Source: a virus (lineage: Duplodnaviria > Caudoviricetes). Taken from it: DNA of 64,000 bases. Both the position numbers and the translations under genes were made by a program. The notes beneath the pieces were generated by a model. That model worked only from the letters and a program-made list of their open reading frames with translations, ran no database searches and had not been told where the DNA came from. Of the stretch, positions 35,529-46,089 are shown one piece after another (positions within the stretch are counted from its first letter, which is position 1; every line of letters starts with the position of its first letter). The stretch is taken from positions 29,912-93,911 of the IMG/VR virus record IMGVR_UViG_3300027963_000056; one strand, 5' to 3'.

Positions 35529-37612
35529 ATGTTCTTTCTAAATATCCATTGACGCAGTCTACTCTTGAACCACCTGTTGAGATAAGGGTACACAGAGTCT
35601 CTGTTTTTCAATGCCCACGCCAGTGACTTACCTAGTATTTTACTACAAACATTGTTGTTTTGCAATATGTAATTGGTTAACTTGAGCATGTAATTAAAAA
35701 TTAAAATTTGTTGTGCAGGACTTACGTTTTGATTTTCTAAGTTATGCACATAATTTTCGTATGTGGCTTGATCTAAGAACCCTTTTTGTACCAAAATATA
35801 ACTGCCGCCGGTTTTGACAATGTTGCTGACCCGAACACCATTGGCATAATGACTTTCGCCTGTTTCCAGCATCAGATTGTAGACTGTGACTGCTTCTGTA
35901 ATTTTTTTCTTGTTGGCAACGTCAACAATTTTGATTGGGCCCAACCAAGGTGCAAGTGTGGCTGCCAAATCGCTGATAGCACACAGTTGATTGGTATCAT
36001 CGTACCAAGGATGCTCTTCGGTGATGTATGGGTCGATGTCTTGACTGAGCGAAAATATCCACTTGTCAACATCGTGTGCTCGAGTTTTGATGCCTATCAC
36101 TCGGGCAGGCTTGTTGGATAATGCTTCAAGAACGATGTCGCCTGCTACAATATCTTCAATAGATTTGAGAGTGCCATCAATCATGATAATTTGTGTGCCT
36201 GCCAAGAAACAACTACCACCTCCGCCACCACCGTCCTGGCCACCTGCATCACCACCAGGGTTGGTTACTTCGCCTGATTGTGTTTCCTGTACACCGCTAC
36301 GTGGATTTACTCCAAACCTGTTGGCAATATTTTCAAATGCCGGAGCAATAGAACCATTGATTGGTATCCAGACACCGCCCTGTTTAATGTAGATAGATGA
36401 GATTGAATTCCATTGTCCATTAGCCTTGATATAGGTTTCATTAACTGGAGTAAACGAACCACCATTATGCACAAATATACCTGAAACATCAAATTCAAGC
36501 ATGGCAAAACCAGTGACACCAAGGCCACTGTTGCTTGCACCACCACGGCCTGCACCAGACCAATATTGATTATTAGTGCCTCCAGGAGTTCTACCACTTG
36601 GATTGGCTGTGGTGTTTCCTTGGCTTGATCCGTAATAGCCTGCATACCCACCTTGGTCACCACCGGGCGTGGTGCCACCGTTGCCACCGGCATAGCCTCC
36701 GCCGCCGCCGCCTCCGCCACCACCATCTTGGGCTTTGTTGGTGCCGTTTTGTCCAGCATTTTCACCTGGGGAGGCTTGACCATTAGGGCCCGGTGCTGTC
36801 CCGCCGGTGGCTGCTCCTGAATTGCCGCCTCCACCGCCGGCGCCTCCACCTCCAGCAAGGCCAAGTACTCCACTGTTTAAAATCAACACAGTGGCACCGC
36901 CACCGCCGCCGCCTGCGCCAGAACTGCCTGCTGGGCCTGAATTGCCACCGCGGCCACCACTGTAACTGGCGCCGCCACCAATGGTCAATGCCACACCACC
37001 CGGTCCTCCTGTGTTGTTTCCTAGAATACGCACAGTATGATTTCCAGCATCTACTGGATAACCAATGGTCCAAGGAGCAGTGAAATTGTCAGCACGAAAC
37101 GCCTCCACGCCATCAATAAAGAATGTAGCGGAATTGTCTGCACAACATGTAAATTGATAGTTACCAGTGGAGGGGAAGTTCACAGTGTATGTTCTATCAA
37201 ACACAGCCGCACTGGTCGGGTTAACCCACACCCCAAAGGTATTTAAAAACGTACACCACGCTGAATTAAACTGTGGAAACACTGTGGGAGAGGCTGCCGC
37301 GTCGCGAGTGTTAAACAAGTAATCTGCAACATAACTAGCACCTGCACTTCCTCCTGCCGCATCGCCTGCACTACTTTGACCGCCACCGCCACCACCACCA
37401 ACTGCGACCTCAATGGTATCACCCTCATTCACAGTAAAATTTACCACGGAGAATCCTGCACCACCGCCATCGCCGCCGGAGGCACTATCTGCTCCGCCAC
37501 CACCACCACCGCCACCCCAAAGGTAAGCGGTTGCCGGAACAGCATTACCTTGATTCCAAATTATACGTTGAAGTGAGCCAGTATAGCCGGCTGGTCTAAC
37601 TACTATTGCCAT
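35525..37612 (-). CDS. Gly-rich virion protein with beta-sandwich insert and C-terminal Hint domain
   Basis: LWGGGGGG...VAVGGGG Gly-rich blocks, ADNSATFFIDG, YIK..G.W repeats, then CFLAGT...TEEHP...VYNL...ANGVRVSN. Confidence 0.85.
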   Translation of the reverse strand: MAIVVRPAGYTGSLQRIIWNQGNAVPATAYLWGGGGGGGGADSASGGDGGGAGFSVVNFTVNEGDTIEVAVGGGGGGGQSSAGDAAGGSAGASYVADYLFNTRDAAASPTVFPQFNSAWCTFLNTFGVWVNPTSAAVFDRTYTVNFPSTGNYQFTCCADNSATFFIDGVEAFRADNFTAPWTIGYPVDAGNHTVRILGNNTGGPGGVALTIGGGASYSGGRGGNSGPAGSSGAGGGGGGATVLILNSGVLGLAGGGGAGGGGGNSGAATGGTAPGPNGQASPGENAGQNGTNKAQDGGGGGGGGGGYAGGNGGTTPGGDQGGYAGYYGSSQGNTTANPSGRTPGGTNNQYWSGAGRGGASNSGLGVTGFAMLEFDVSGIFVHNGGSFTPVNETYIKANGQWNSISSIYIKQGGVWIPINGSIAPAFENIANRFGVNPRSGVQETQSGEVTNPGGDAGGQDGGGGGGSCFLAGTQIIMIDGTLKSIEDIVAGDIVLEALSNKPARVIGIKTRAHDVDKWIFSLSQDIDPYITEEHPWYDDTNQLCAISDLAATLAPWLGPIKIVDVANKKKITEAVTVYNLMLETGESHYANGVRVSNIVKTGGSYILVQKGFLDQATYENYVHNLENQNVSPAQQILIFNYMLKLTNYILQNNNVCSKILGKSLAWALKNRDSVYPYLNRWFKSRLRQWIFRKNI
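35822..36211 (-). other. Hint (intein-like/BIL) auto-processing domain, about 130 aa
   Basis: Block A CFLAGTQI, block B TEEH, block F VYNL, block G VSN followed by Ile. Confidence 0.85.
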
Positions 37613-37619
37613 ATTTTAA

Positions 37620-39290
37620 TTAAATTTGATACCAAATGTCGCCATCACTGCCGCCCGCCGGCGCCGATGCACTAACATATCTTGTGCCATAACCATTGGA
37701 GTTGGCTGCAATGGCCAAAGTCACATTGGCTGTCAATGCGCCGCCGCCTGACAATCCTGCGCCGGCTGTCACGGTAGTGGCACTGGCAGCCGCACCAAGA
37801 TTGGTTCTGGCATCAGCGGCTGTGCTGGCACCAGTACCACCATCTGCTACTGTTAAATCGGTTATTCCTGTGATTGATCCACCGGTGATGGCCACATTGC
37901 TTGCACCAAAATTAGTTATCCCAGTTATACTGCCGCCAGTGATGGTCACTGCTGTTGAACTTTGTGTTGCTATGCTACCTAGTCCAAGATTTAATCTTGC
38001 ATTAGTAGCCGTGTTAGCACCAGTACCACCGTCAGCAATACCAATAGTTGAACTTAATCCAGTGATATAGCCACCTGTGATAGCCACGTTGTTGGCATCT
38101 TGAACTGCCATAGTGCCAAGTCCAAGATTAGTTCTAGCACCAGAAGCAATAGTAGCACCAGTACCACCATCTGCCACAGCCACCGCACTAACAAGTCCGC
38201 TCACAGTGCCACCGGTGATTGCCACCCCGTTTATGGTACCACCAATAAATGCCACATTGCTGGTATTCATCACAGCAATGTTTCCTAACTGTAGTGCGGT
38301 CCTTGCACCAGCGGCTGTGCTGGCACCAGTACCACCATCTGCCAGTGCTAGATCAGTAATACCAGTTATGGAACCACCAGTGATGTTCACAGCATTGGCA
38401 TTCTGCTGGCTCATGGTAGGCAGAGCATTGGTCCAGTCGGTCACAAATCTTGTGGTGGCAATTTGCGTATTGCTCACTGTGATTGCGGCAGTGGGTGCTA
38501 GTGGAACACCAGTAAACGTAGGACTGAATTTTTCACCTTGTACAAAAGCAGTGGTAGCAATCCGAGTGGAATTATCGTTATATGTTGCGTTAGGTGCGAC
38601 AGGAGTACCAGTGAATACAGGACTGAGTTTTTCGCCTTGAACAAAAGCAGTGGTAGCAACCTGTGTGGTATTGGCACCGTAAGCGGCAGTGGGCGCAATT
38701 GGAGTGCCAGTAAACTGTGGACTGGCAGTGACAAAAGCAGTGGTGGCCAATTGTGTGGTGTCTGTACCTTGAGAGGCTGTGGGCGCTGTGGGAGTGCCGG
38801 CAAATGCTGGACTACTGGTAACAAATGCTGTGGTGGCCAATTGCGTGGTGGCTGTTCCTGTTGCGGCAGTAGGTGCAATTGGAATGCCTGTAAACTGTGG
38901 ACTTTGACTTACAAAAGCAGTGGTAGCAATTTGTGTGTTTGATGTTCCGGCAGCGGCAGTGGGTGCTGTGGGTACGCCAGTAAACGCAGGGCTAATTTTT
39001 TGTGCCTGCACATAATCTTGTGAGGCCAATGCTATCCAGGCGTTGGCGGTACTGTACGAGGAAATAACATCAGTGGCGCTGTTGTACCAAAGTTGTCCCA
39101 GAATTGGTTGTAAAGGTGCAGATGAGTTGGCAAAATTCTCCAACAAATACACGTAGTTTTCGTTTTCGTAAGCGCCGTAATCTGTTAGTGCTCGACCCAC
39201 CAGGGCCAAGTCTGTGGCGGTGGTGTTTACAGTGCCGTCTGCGACGATGGCAACTACATTTCCGCGGCTGTTGTTGATAATATATGACAT
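37620..39290 (-). CDS. Tail-fibre/baseplate-attached protein
   Basis: LLENFA...GQLWY N-domain; six SP.FTG.P.APT...ATTAFV repeats; four ADGGTGA...AR..L repeats; GDIWYQI end. Confidence 0.85.
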   Translation of the reverse strand: MSYIINNSRGNVVAIVADGTVNTTATDLALVGRALTDYGAYENENYVYLLENFANSSAPLQPILGQLWYNSATDVISSYSTANAWIALASQDYVQAQKISPAFTGVPTAPTAAAGTSNTQIATTAFVSQSPQFTGIPIAPTAATGTATTQLATTAFVTSSPAFAGTPTAPTASQGTDTTQLATTAFVTASPQFTGTPIAPTAAYGANTTQVATTAFVQGEKLSPVFTGTPVAPNATYNDNSTRIATTAFVQGEKFSPTFTGVPLAPTAAITVSNTQIATTRFVTDWTNALPTMSQQNANAVNITGGSITGITDLALADGGTGASTAAGARTALQLGNIAVMNTSNVAFIGGTINGVAITGGTVSGLVSAVAVADGGTGATIASGARTNLGLGTMAVQDANNVAITGGYITGLSSTIGIADGGTGANTATNARLNLGLGSIATQSSTAVTITGGSITGITNFGASNVAITGGSITGITDLTVADGGTGASTAADARTNLGAAASATTVTAGAGLSGGGALTANVTLAIAANSNGYGTRYVSASAPAGGSDGDIWYQI

Positions 39291-39309
39291 TGATAACTCC
39301 GAGTCCTTG

Positions 39310-39360
39310 TATTTAGCGACGGATTGTGTTCGCTGTGCCCGGCGTAAAGTTTGGTAAATA
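39310..39360. promoter_or_regulatory. Divergent late promoters
   Basis: TATTTA (minus-strand TAAATA) and TAAATA between divergent structural genes. Confidence 0.65.
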
Positions 39361-39381
39361 CAGCACTAGGACTGCAAATTT

Positions 39382-39648
39382 ATGACACAGCAAATAATCA
39401 ATGTAGGCAACGTTGCCAATGACGGGCAAGGTACTCCGCTACGCACAGCGTTTCAATATATAAACAGCAACTTTACTGAACTTTATAACAATGTTCAAAC
39501 CTCACCTCCTACTTCTTCAAGTGGGCAAGAAGGTGATGTACCGGGCATGATTGCGTTTGATCAAGAATATCTATATGTGTGTGTTTATGAGTATGACGCT
39601 ACCACTATAATTTGGTATCGCGTGGCGTTTGACCTCACCCCTTGGTAA
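39382..39648 (+). CDS. Small virion structural protein
   Basis: INVGNVANDGQGTPLRTAF..IN.NFTELY (T4 gp9/gp10-like N-terminal motif); G.IAFD..YLYVC. Confidence 0.8.
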   Translation: MTQQIINVGNVANDGQGTPLRTAFQYINSNFTELYNNVQTSPPTSSSGQEGDVPGMIAFDQEYLYVCVYEYDATTIIWYRVAFDLTPW

Positions 39649-39658
39649 AAAACAAAAT

Positions 39659-42600
39659 ATGAGTCAACCAATTTGGATCACTCCCGCAGGCAGTTTAGGT
39701 AGCATACCCGAAGGTGTGTTCTATCAAAATACCATGTTGGTCACAACAGATGCCTTGCCATTCGCGCCCACTTGCACGGCTACCACAACAGGTACCAACG
39801 TGATCACTTGTGCCAGCACCACTGGTATCTATGCAGGACTCACTGTGGTGTTTTCGGGCACAACATTCGGAGGAATAGATTCCACCACAAGGTACTATGT
39901 GCTGAATGTGGTCAATGCCACTCAATTCCGTATCACCACCACAGACACCAGTACTACCCCTGTTGTATTGACCACTGCCGCCGGCACAATGAGCACTGTG
40001 TTTAGACAGGATATTTATTATGCTGTGATTGCAGGGCAACTGCCGGCCGGAATACAGTGTTCTTCTAATGGAACAATTGTGGGAGTACCGGATGCATTGG
40101 CCAGTTTGCAAGGGGTTCCATTTGACGTCACAAGGTCGGTCACAAGCAAATTTACTCTAAGAGCATATACAGAAAATCAAGACGAGACCATTGACCGTAT
40201 CAGAGATCGAACTTTCAGTCTCACAGTGGTCAATGTCAACGCACCTGTGTTTACCTCTGCCAGTGACCTTGGCACATACTATGATGGTGACAGATTAGAC
40301 ATTCAGATTGCCATTGACAATGTTGGTCCCACTACTCCTGCTGTGGTCACACTGGTAGGCGGAGAATTGCCTGGCGAAGTTTCGGTCAGTGCCACAGGGT
40401 TGATATCGGGTTACATTCAGCCGGCTGTGAATGTTGATGAGGTTCCAGGATATGATTTGACTCCTCAAGATGTTGATCCTTATGACTTCCTTACCAGTGC
40501 CATCAACAAGAACTATCAATTCACACTACAGGTCACTGATGGTATCAATACCGACTTGCGGACCTTTAGTTTTTATGTGTACGACCGTACTACTCTCAAT
40601 GCCAGCACCACACAGATTACTGCTGACAATTCCAACATCACTGCTGATGAAGGTCGTGAACGCAGACCATTTATTGTGAATTCTCTGCCTGAGAACCTGG
40701 GCACTGTGCGCGGAGACAATTATTACGCACATCAGTTTATTGCCAACGACTATGACACACCTGATCTCAAATATGCTATCAGTGTGAATGAAGGATCGGG
40801 ATTGCCGCCAGGCCTGGCAATTGATCCCAACTCAGGTTGGTACTACGGATACATACCCGATCAAGGAGTTACCAAGATTGAGTACAGTTTCAATGTCGTG
40901 ACCTATCAAGCAGATTATGTGGGAACACCAATCACTTGCACTGCCACCACATTTGGCACAAACATAATCACTTGTGACAGTACCTCACAGATCGAAACTG
41001 GGCAACCCATTGTGTTTACCGGAACCAGTTTTGGCGGCATCACTGCGTCAGCCACTCAAGTTTACTATGTGCTTGACCAAGTAAGTGCCACAGAATTTAC
41101 CATAACCAACAATCTTGATAGCACTACCTCTGTGCCGTTGACCACTGCGGCTGGGTCCTTGACCGCCAATCTAATTGTGGCCAGTGATCCGTACCCATTC
41201 ACCTTGACCATATCTGGCACAGCCAATGCCGAAGTAGTTTGGTTTACTCCAAGCGATCTCGGCACAATCGAAAACGGTGCCACAAGTATGCTGGTGATTT
41301 CAGCAGAGAACACCGGCGGACGTGTACTAAAATATCGCCTCAAACCCGGCGCCAGTATAGCCCAGTTGCCATATGCCTACGTGCCAGGAGTATATAATCT
41401 CTTGCCACAAGGACTAAAATTACTGGAAACAGGAGAGATCTCCGGGCGTGTTACTTTCAACACATTTGCTGTTGACCTTGGGTCCACAACATTTGATGCC
41501 ACTCAGGCAGTCACAAGAAATCTAACCGTTCAGGAAACCACGTTCGACAGCACCTTCGTGTTCACAGTAAATGCCTATGCAGAAGATTCTCAACAGGTAC
41601 TTTACAATGTAAACGCAATCACAGTTGACAACGGCGGATCAGGATATAGTTCAGGGACTCCACCCGTGCTGACATTTAATACCCCCGTGGGTGCCAGTGC
41701 CAGAGCCGCCACAGTGGGCGAAATCACCATAATTGGTGGTGCTGTAACTGCTGTGGCCATTGATGATGGCGGTTCAGGATACACATTGTCAGATCCAGCC
41801 GTGCTCACAATTTCAGCAGGGTACGGCGGCTCAGGTGCAGAATTTACAGCAATCATGAAAGCCATTGGCACACGAGATGTTGTGAGCGTGGACAAAGAAT
41901 TCACAGTAAAAGTCCAACGTGTGTACAACAAACCCTATCAGAACTTGTTGATAGAAGCCATGCCCCCGGCCAATGATCGTGTGATGATAGCCGACCTCTT
42001 GGATAACGAAGAAATTTTTGTGCCAGACTATATCTACAGAATTGACGATCCTTACTTTGGCAAATCACATCGTGTGATCTACCAACATGCATTTGGCCTG
42101 GCCCCGGACACCTTGGAAACTTATGTGGCCAGCCTGTACGAAAACCACTACTGGAAAAATCTTGTGCTGGGTGAGATTTTAACAGCACAGGCTCTGGATC
42201 CTGTCACAGGCGAAGTTGTGTACGAAGTGGTATACAGCAAAATAATTGATGATCTTGTGAATGCCGCAGGCACCAGTGTGAGCAAAATTGTAAACTTACC
42301 CTATGCTATCGTTGATCCTGCAGACGGCAGTACACAACTCACACAAGTGTACCCCAACAGTTTGATCAACATGCGAGATCAAGTGATTGATGTTGTGGGA
42401 CAGATATCTACCAAATTGCCATTGTGGATGACTTCACCGCAGACTGATGGACGAGTTTTAGGATTCACCCCGGCTTGGGTCATGTGTTATGTCAAACCAG
42501 GGCGTAGTCGACAGATTGCGTACTATGTGCAGACACAGTTCCAGGGACACTTGAATGCTGTAGACTTCAAGGTTGATCGTTATGTGTTGGATCGCACCTT

Positions 42601-43783
42601 GAGTCGTAACTGGGATACTGCAACCCAGGACTGGACTCCTACTCCTAGTTTGACCACGTTTGACAGATATGGATCTGGACAATTCCCATTTGTTGGCTAT
42701 ATTGACATAGCCACAAGATTAGCCTATGCTGACATCAATAATCGTACATTAGAATATATTGCTGATCTTGGCGGCCTTGATGGACAACTTTCTAATATCA
42801 ACGGACAAACAATAGTTTTTGTCAAACAAGAATACTATACTGATTATGCTACCACTAGTGACGCCTGGCAAAGTTATACTGATCTGTATGGCACTGTGTA
42901 CAGCCCTGAAACTGTTGGCGAATACTTTGATGAAAGTTATACCATATCTGGCGGAAATACATACAATTGTACCAACACTTATGTCACCACCAATTATATA
43001 AAGGCAGCAACTACAGCAGACATGTATACCAATGACCCTGTGTGGTTTACTGGTGTTGTGTTTGGCGGTATAGATGACAATGGCACCAATGGACTAACTC
43101 AAATATATTATGTGACCGATGTTGTTCACACCACCTGCACTGCTACTGCTAGTGGAACAAACTTGATAACTTGTGCTGATGCTACCTATCTCAACACCAA
43201 CGATGTGGTATGGTTCTATGGCACCACATTTGGAGGAGTAGATGCACTTACCGCCAGCAATACTATTCAAGAATATTATGTGACCAAGATATCCGGTACT
43301 ACATTTAAGATTTCATTGACACAAGGCGGCGCTTTTGTGGCTTTATCGACTGCATCAGGATCAATGACAGTGAACACCAGTTATTTCACAGTGAGTGAAA
43401 CTGCGGGCGGCAGCAATGTTGTGTTGTCCACTGCCGCAGGCAGCATGATTGTGAACTTTGGCAACACACGAATGGCAGTGTACACAATCAGTGTGGATCT
43501 TGTGACCACGTTGGTCACCCTTGTACCTACCCAACTCACTGCAGAAACACAATATATTCAGATCAATCGCGGACAACAATATGCAGGTCAACAGTTGTAT
43601 TATCCTACTAGCCCGGCACAAGGTTACACCCTAATTGCCTGGACCAATGTACCTGAAGCCACTTCGACAGAAACCACGTTTGATGGTGGTAGCATGGCAT
43701 TTATACAACCAGTTGATATGTACGATCCCACTGATCGGTATGATAAATATCTGGTATTTCCCAAAGCCAATATATTGGTATAA
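39659..43783 (+). CDS. Large virion structural protein with Ig-like repeats
   Basis: 1374 aa; P.W.TP.G.LG, G.LP.G...G.ISG repeats, V..GGSGY repeats, DKYLVFPK end. Confidence 0.85.
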   Translation: MSQPIWITPAGSLGSIPEGVFYQNTMLVTTDALPFAPTCTATTTGTNVITCASTTGIYAGLTVVFSGTTFGGIDSTTRYYVLNVVNATQFRITTTDTSTTPVVLTTAAGTMSTVFRQDIYYAVIAGQLPAGIQCSSNGTIVGVPDALASLQGVPFDVTRSVTSKFTLRAYTENQDETIDRIRDRTFSLTVVNVNAPVFTSASDLGTYYDGDRLDIQIAIDNVGPTTPAVVTLVGGELPGEVSVSATGLISGYIQPAVNVDEVPGYDLTPQDVDPYDFLTSAINKNYQFTLQVTDGINTDLRTFSFYVYDRTTLNASTTQITADNSNITADEGRERRPFIVNSLPENLGTVRGDNYYAHQFIANDYDTPDLKYAISVNEGSGLPPGLAIDPNSGWYYGYIPDQGVTKIEYSFNVVTYQADYVGTPITCTATTFGTNIITCDSTSQIETGQPIVFTGTSFGGITASATQVYYVLDQVSATEFTITNNLDSTTSVPLTTAAGSLTANLIVASDPYPFTLTISGTANAEVVWFTPSDLGTIENGATSMLVISAENTGGRVLKYRLKPGASIAQLPYAYVPGVYNLLPQGLKLLETGEISGRVTFNTFAVDLGSTTFDATQAVTRNLTVQETTFDSTFVFTVNAYAEDSQQVLYNVNAITVDNGGSGYSSGTPPVLTFNTPVGASARAATVGEITIIGGAVTAVAIDDGGSGYTLSDPAVLTISAGYGGSGAEFTAIMKAIGTRDVVSVDKEFTVKVQRVYNKPYQNLLIEAMPPANDRVMIADLLDNEEIFVPDYIYRIDDPYFGKSHRVIYQHAFGLAPDTLETYVASLYENHYWKNLVLGEILTAQALDPVTGEVVYEVVYSKIIDDLVNAAGTSVSKIVNLPYAIVDPADGSTQLTQVYPNSLINMRDQVIDVVGQISTKLPLWMTSPQTDGRVLGFTPAWVMCYVKPGRSRQIAYYVQTQFQGHLNAVDFKVDRYVLDRTLSRNWDTATQDWTPTPSLTTFDRYGSGQFPFVGYIDIATRLAYADINNRTLEYIADLGGLDGQLSNINGQTIVFVKQEYYTDYATTSDAWQSYTDLYGTVYSPETVGEYFDESYTISGGNTYNCTNTYVTTNYIKAATTADMYTNDPVWFTGVVFGGIDDNGTNGLTQIYYVTDVVHTTCTATASGTNLITCADATYLNTNDVVWFYGTTFGGVDALTASNTIQEYYVTKISGTTFKISLTQGGAFVALSTASGSMTVNTSYFTVSETAGGSNVVLSTAAGSMIVNFGNTRMAVYTISVDLVTTLVTLVPTQLTAETQYIQINRGQQYAGQQLYYPTSPAQGYTLIAWTNVPEATSTETTFDGGSMAFIQPVDMYDPTDRYDKYLVFPKANILV

Positions 43784-43797
43784 CTAGGACAAAAACA

Positions 43798-44679
43798 ATG
43801 GCAAGTCAAATTAACCCAAATGACATCGACGGAGCGTATCCGGTCGCTGGACAAGACAACAACTCGCAAGGTTTTCGTGATAATTTCACCAACACCAAAA
43901 CAAACTTTACCTATGCGGCCGACGAAATTACTGATTTACAGAACAATGTGTTGTTGAAGTCTGCACTAACTGGTACTACATTGGACAACAACATGAACAA
44001 TGGTAACATTTATGCTGTGAACTTGAATGATGTTAGTACCAATCGCATAACCATTGCCACAACAACAGGTGCTATTGCTGTGAACTATGCCTCGGGACAA
44101 TACCAAACAATCGGTGCGACCACAGGTAGTATCACTTTGAGTTTTACAAACTTTCCGGCCGCTGGTTATTACGGTTCAGTTTGCCTACAAATCACAATTG
44201 GTAGTGCCGCACACACTGTGACCTTGCCCGCGGCTGTGAGTGTGAATGCAGTTGGCGTTCAAGGATATGCGTCAAATGTAATCACTTTTGCTGCCGCAGG
44301 TGTTTATGAGTTCAATTTTGGCTCCAGCGACGGTGGTAGTACAATTACTATAACTGAAAACAATAAAAAAATCCAACCTCTCAACAACAGCAGTGAATCA
44401 CTGGCTAGTGCCGGTGCCGCCAGTTTGGCCTTGACCACCAGTTACTTTACCACAAGTGGAACTGCTACATTGGCTGCAGGTGTGAGTGGACAAATCAAAA
44501 CGTTCATGCAAACTGCCAGTACCACTGCCATGGTTTTGACTGTGACCAATGCTGGTTGGAAAAGTTCGGGCACTGGTACTATAACCTTCCCAGCAACCAC
44601 ATACGGAACAGGATGCACCTTGCAATACGTCAACAGCAAATGGTACGTTATTGGTAACAACGCTTGCACATTCGGTTAA
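43798..44679 (+). CDS. Virion structural protein
   Basis: YPVAGQDNNSQGFRDNF N-terminal motif; Thr/Ser-rich beta structure. Confidence 0.8.
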   Translation: MASQINPNDIDGAYPVAGQDNNSQGFRDNFTNTKTNFTYAADEITDLQNNVLLKSALTGTTLDNNMNNGNIYAVNLNDVSTNRITIATTTGAIAVNYASGQYQTIGATTGSITLSFTNFPAAGYYGSVCLQITIGSAAHTVTLPAAVSVNAVGVQGYASNVITFAAAGVYEFNFGSSDGGSTITITENNKKIQPLNNSSESLASAGAASLALTTSYFTTSGTATLAAGVSGQIKTFMQTASTTAMVLTVTNAGWKSSGTGTITFPATTYGTGCTLQYVNSKWYVIGNNACTFG

Positions 44680-44686
44680 CCCGCAC

Positions 44687-44715
44687 TTGACATCCTACAT
44701 GTTCTAGTGTAAACT
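44687..44715 (+). promoter_or_regulatory. sigma70-type promoter
   Basis: TTGACA-N17-TAAACT. Confidence 0.65.
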
Positions 44716-44721
44716 AACAAC

Positions 44722-44964
44722 ATGGAACATCCTTTAATCGGTGACATAAACGAATTAACCATTGATGAACTCAGTGCTCGAGTCAGCGAACTCTCCAATA
44801 AACTCAACATAGCCATCGGAATGGGCAATGCCCATTTATGCGATCAAATCAGAATGGCCCTGGAAACTTTTCGAAACAAGTATCAAGACAAACTTCGAGA
44901 ATCTTACAAGAAACAAGAAGAAATCAACCACATCAACTTTGACGACAAGATCAATATCAAATGA
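44722..44964 (+). CDS. Hypothetical helical protein
   Basis: Coupled to the next gene. Confidence 0.75.
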   Translation: MEHPLIGDINELTIDELSARVSELSNKLNIAIGMGNAHLCDQIRMALETFRNKYQDKLRESYKKQEEINHINFDDKINIK

Positions 44965-45560
44965 ATGTTAGACTACAATACGACCTAGATTTCCTTGCAG
45001 GTGTCTACTACGAAGATCAACTGCAAATGAATCGATACACAGTGAGTCTCAACTTGCTGACCAAAAGCAAAGATTCAGCCAGTACTAATATTGCACTGGA
45101 TCGAGCCAAGGCATTTGTGCATGGTGCCCTAGAGAGCACAGTTTTTATAAATCAAGCCAACGTGGAACGAGCCGAGTTCATGCAAATGATAGGTATCAAT
45201 GTTACCACCTTGCCCCAAGAGCCGGTTGACCAGATTGTTGGCATGATGTTATACTACAAACTCAACGCTGTGATGGAACAGCGCATGACTGTGACTGGAC
45301 TGGATATTGCCAGTTCACTAGGTGACAATGTTTGGTACCAACACGATGAAGAAGATCTGTCCGGACCATTTGCTGGGGACGGTTGGTGGTATCGGGCCAG
45401 CATGCAACATGAAAGTGTAGAGCGTGATCCTGAGCCCGGTAACATTGTCAAAGTAATGTCAACTGGTTGGTATGAGTTGGATCTTGAATGGCCAGAGAAC
45501 ACAACGCCAGCCAATGACAACACAGTGGTATATGCAAACTTTCCACGAAATGAAAAGTAA
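44961..45560 (+). CDS. Hypothetical phage protein
   Basis: 199-aa ORF; LP.EP.DQ.VG..LY.KLNA. Confidence 0.8.
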   Translation: MNVRLQYDLDFLAGVYYEDQLQMNRYTVSLNLLTKSKDSASTNIALDRAKAFVHGALESTVFINQANVERAEFMQMIGINVTTLPQEPVDQIVGMMLYYKLNAVMEQRMTVTGLDIASSLGDNVWYQHDEEDLSGPFAGDGWWYRASMQHESVERDPEPGNIVKVMSTGWYELDLEWPENTTPANDNTVVYANFPRNEK

Positions 45561-46068
45561 TCAATACGGTGAAATAATACTTGATGAAACTGACTTGTGT
45601 GATTTAATCATGCAAGGTCGTGATCTCACACAGATGAAATGTGTGGTGGATCCGGGTGTGGATGTAGAATCAGCGATTCATTTGATAGAAGATCCCGGAC
45701 AGTTGGCAACATGGACATTCCCCGACGACAGCGATATCAGTGTGCCTGACTGGGATAACTTGCAACAAAGACGCTGGCACATGCCCCCGGAATATCAGCA
45801 GTTGGACATTGCCGAGCATGTGGTTGGATTATGTGACACAGCAGAAAAATTACAACGTGTGGCTCACGAACTGCTGTTATATCAAGAGCGTGGATTGTTT
45901 GATCTGCTACGATACTTGAAATATCTAGTGGATGTGATGAAAAACAACTGTGTGATCTGGGGAGTTGGGCGTGGTTCCAGCGTGGCCAGTTATGTGCTAT
46001 ACTTGTTGGAAGTACACCGAATAGATTCAATGTATTATGATTTAGACGCAGGCGAGTTCTTGCGTTAA
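45550..46068 (+). CDS. dnaE: DNA polymerase III alpha-subunit fragment (split DnaE)
   Basis: RV..EL......L.YLVD.MK.N.V.WGVGRGSSVASYVLYLL.VH.ID...Y.L...EFL; only 172 aa. Confidence 0.8.
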   Translation: MKSNQYGEIILDETDLCDLIMQGRDLTQMKCVVDPGVDVESAIHLIEDPGQLATWTFPDDSDISVPDWDNLQQRRWHMPPEYQQLDIAEHVVGLCDTAEKLQRVAHELLLYQERGLFDLLRYLKYLVDVMKNNCVIWGVGRGSSVASYVLYLLEVHRIDSMYYDLDAGEFLR

Positions 46069-46089
46069 ATATGTTTTTAGGAGATAGCG

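Noticed and set aside
35822-36211. Classical mobile intein
   Set aside because: No endonuclease domain, +1 residue is Ile rather than Cys/Ser/Thr, penultimate His absent; treated as a BIL/Hedgehog-like Hint
45550-46068. dnaE pseudogene
   Set aside because: Clean coupled start, intact GRGS motif and no frameshifted remainder adjacent; a split gene is more likely
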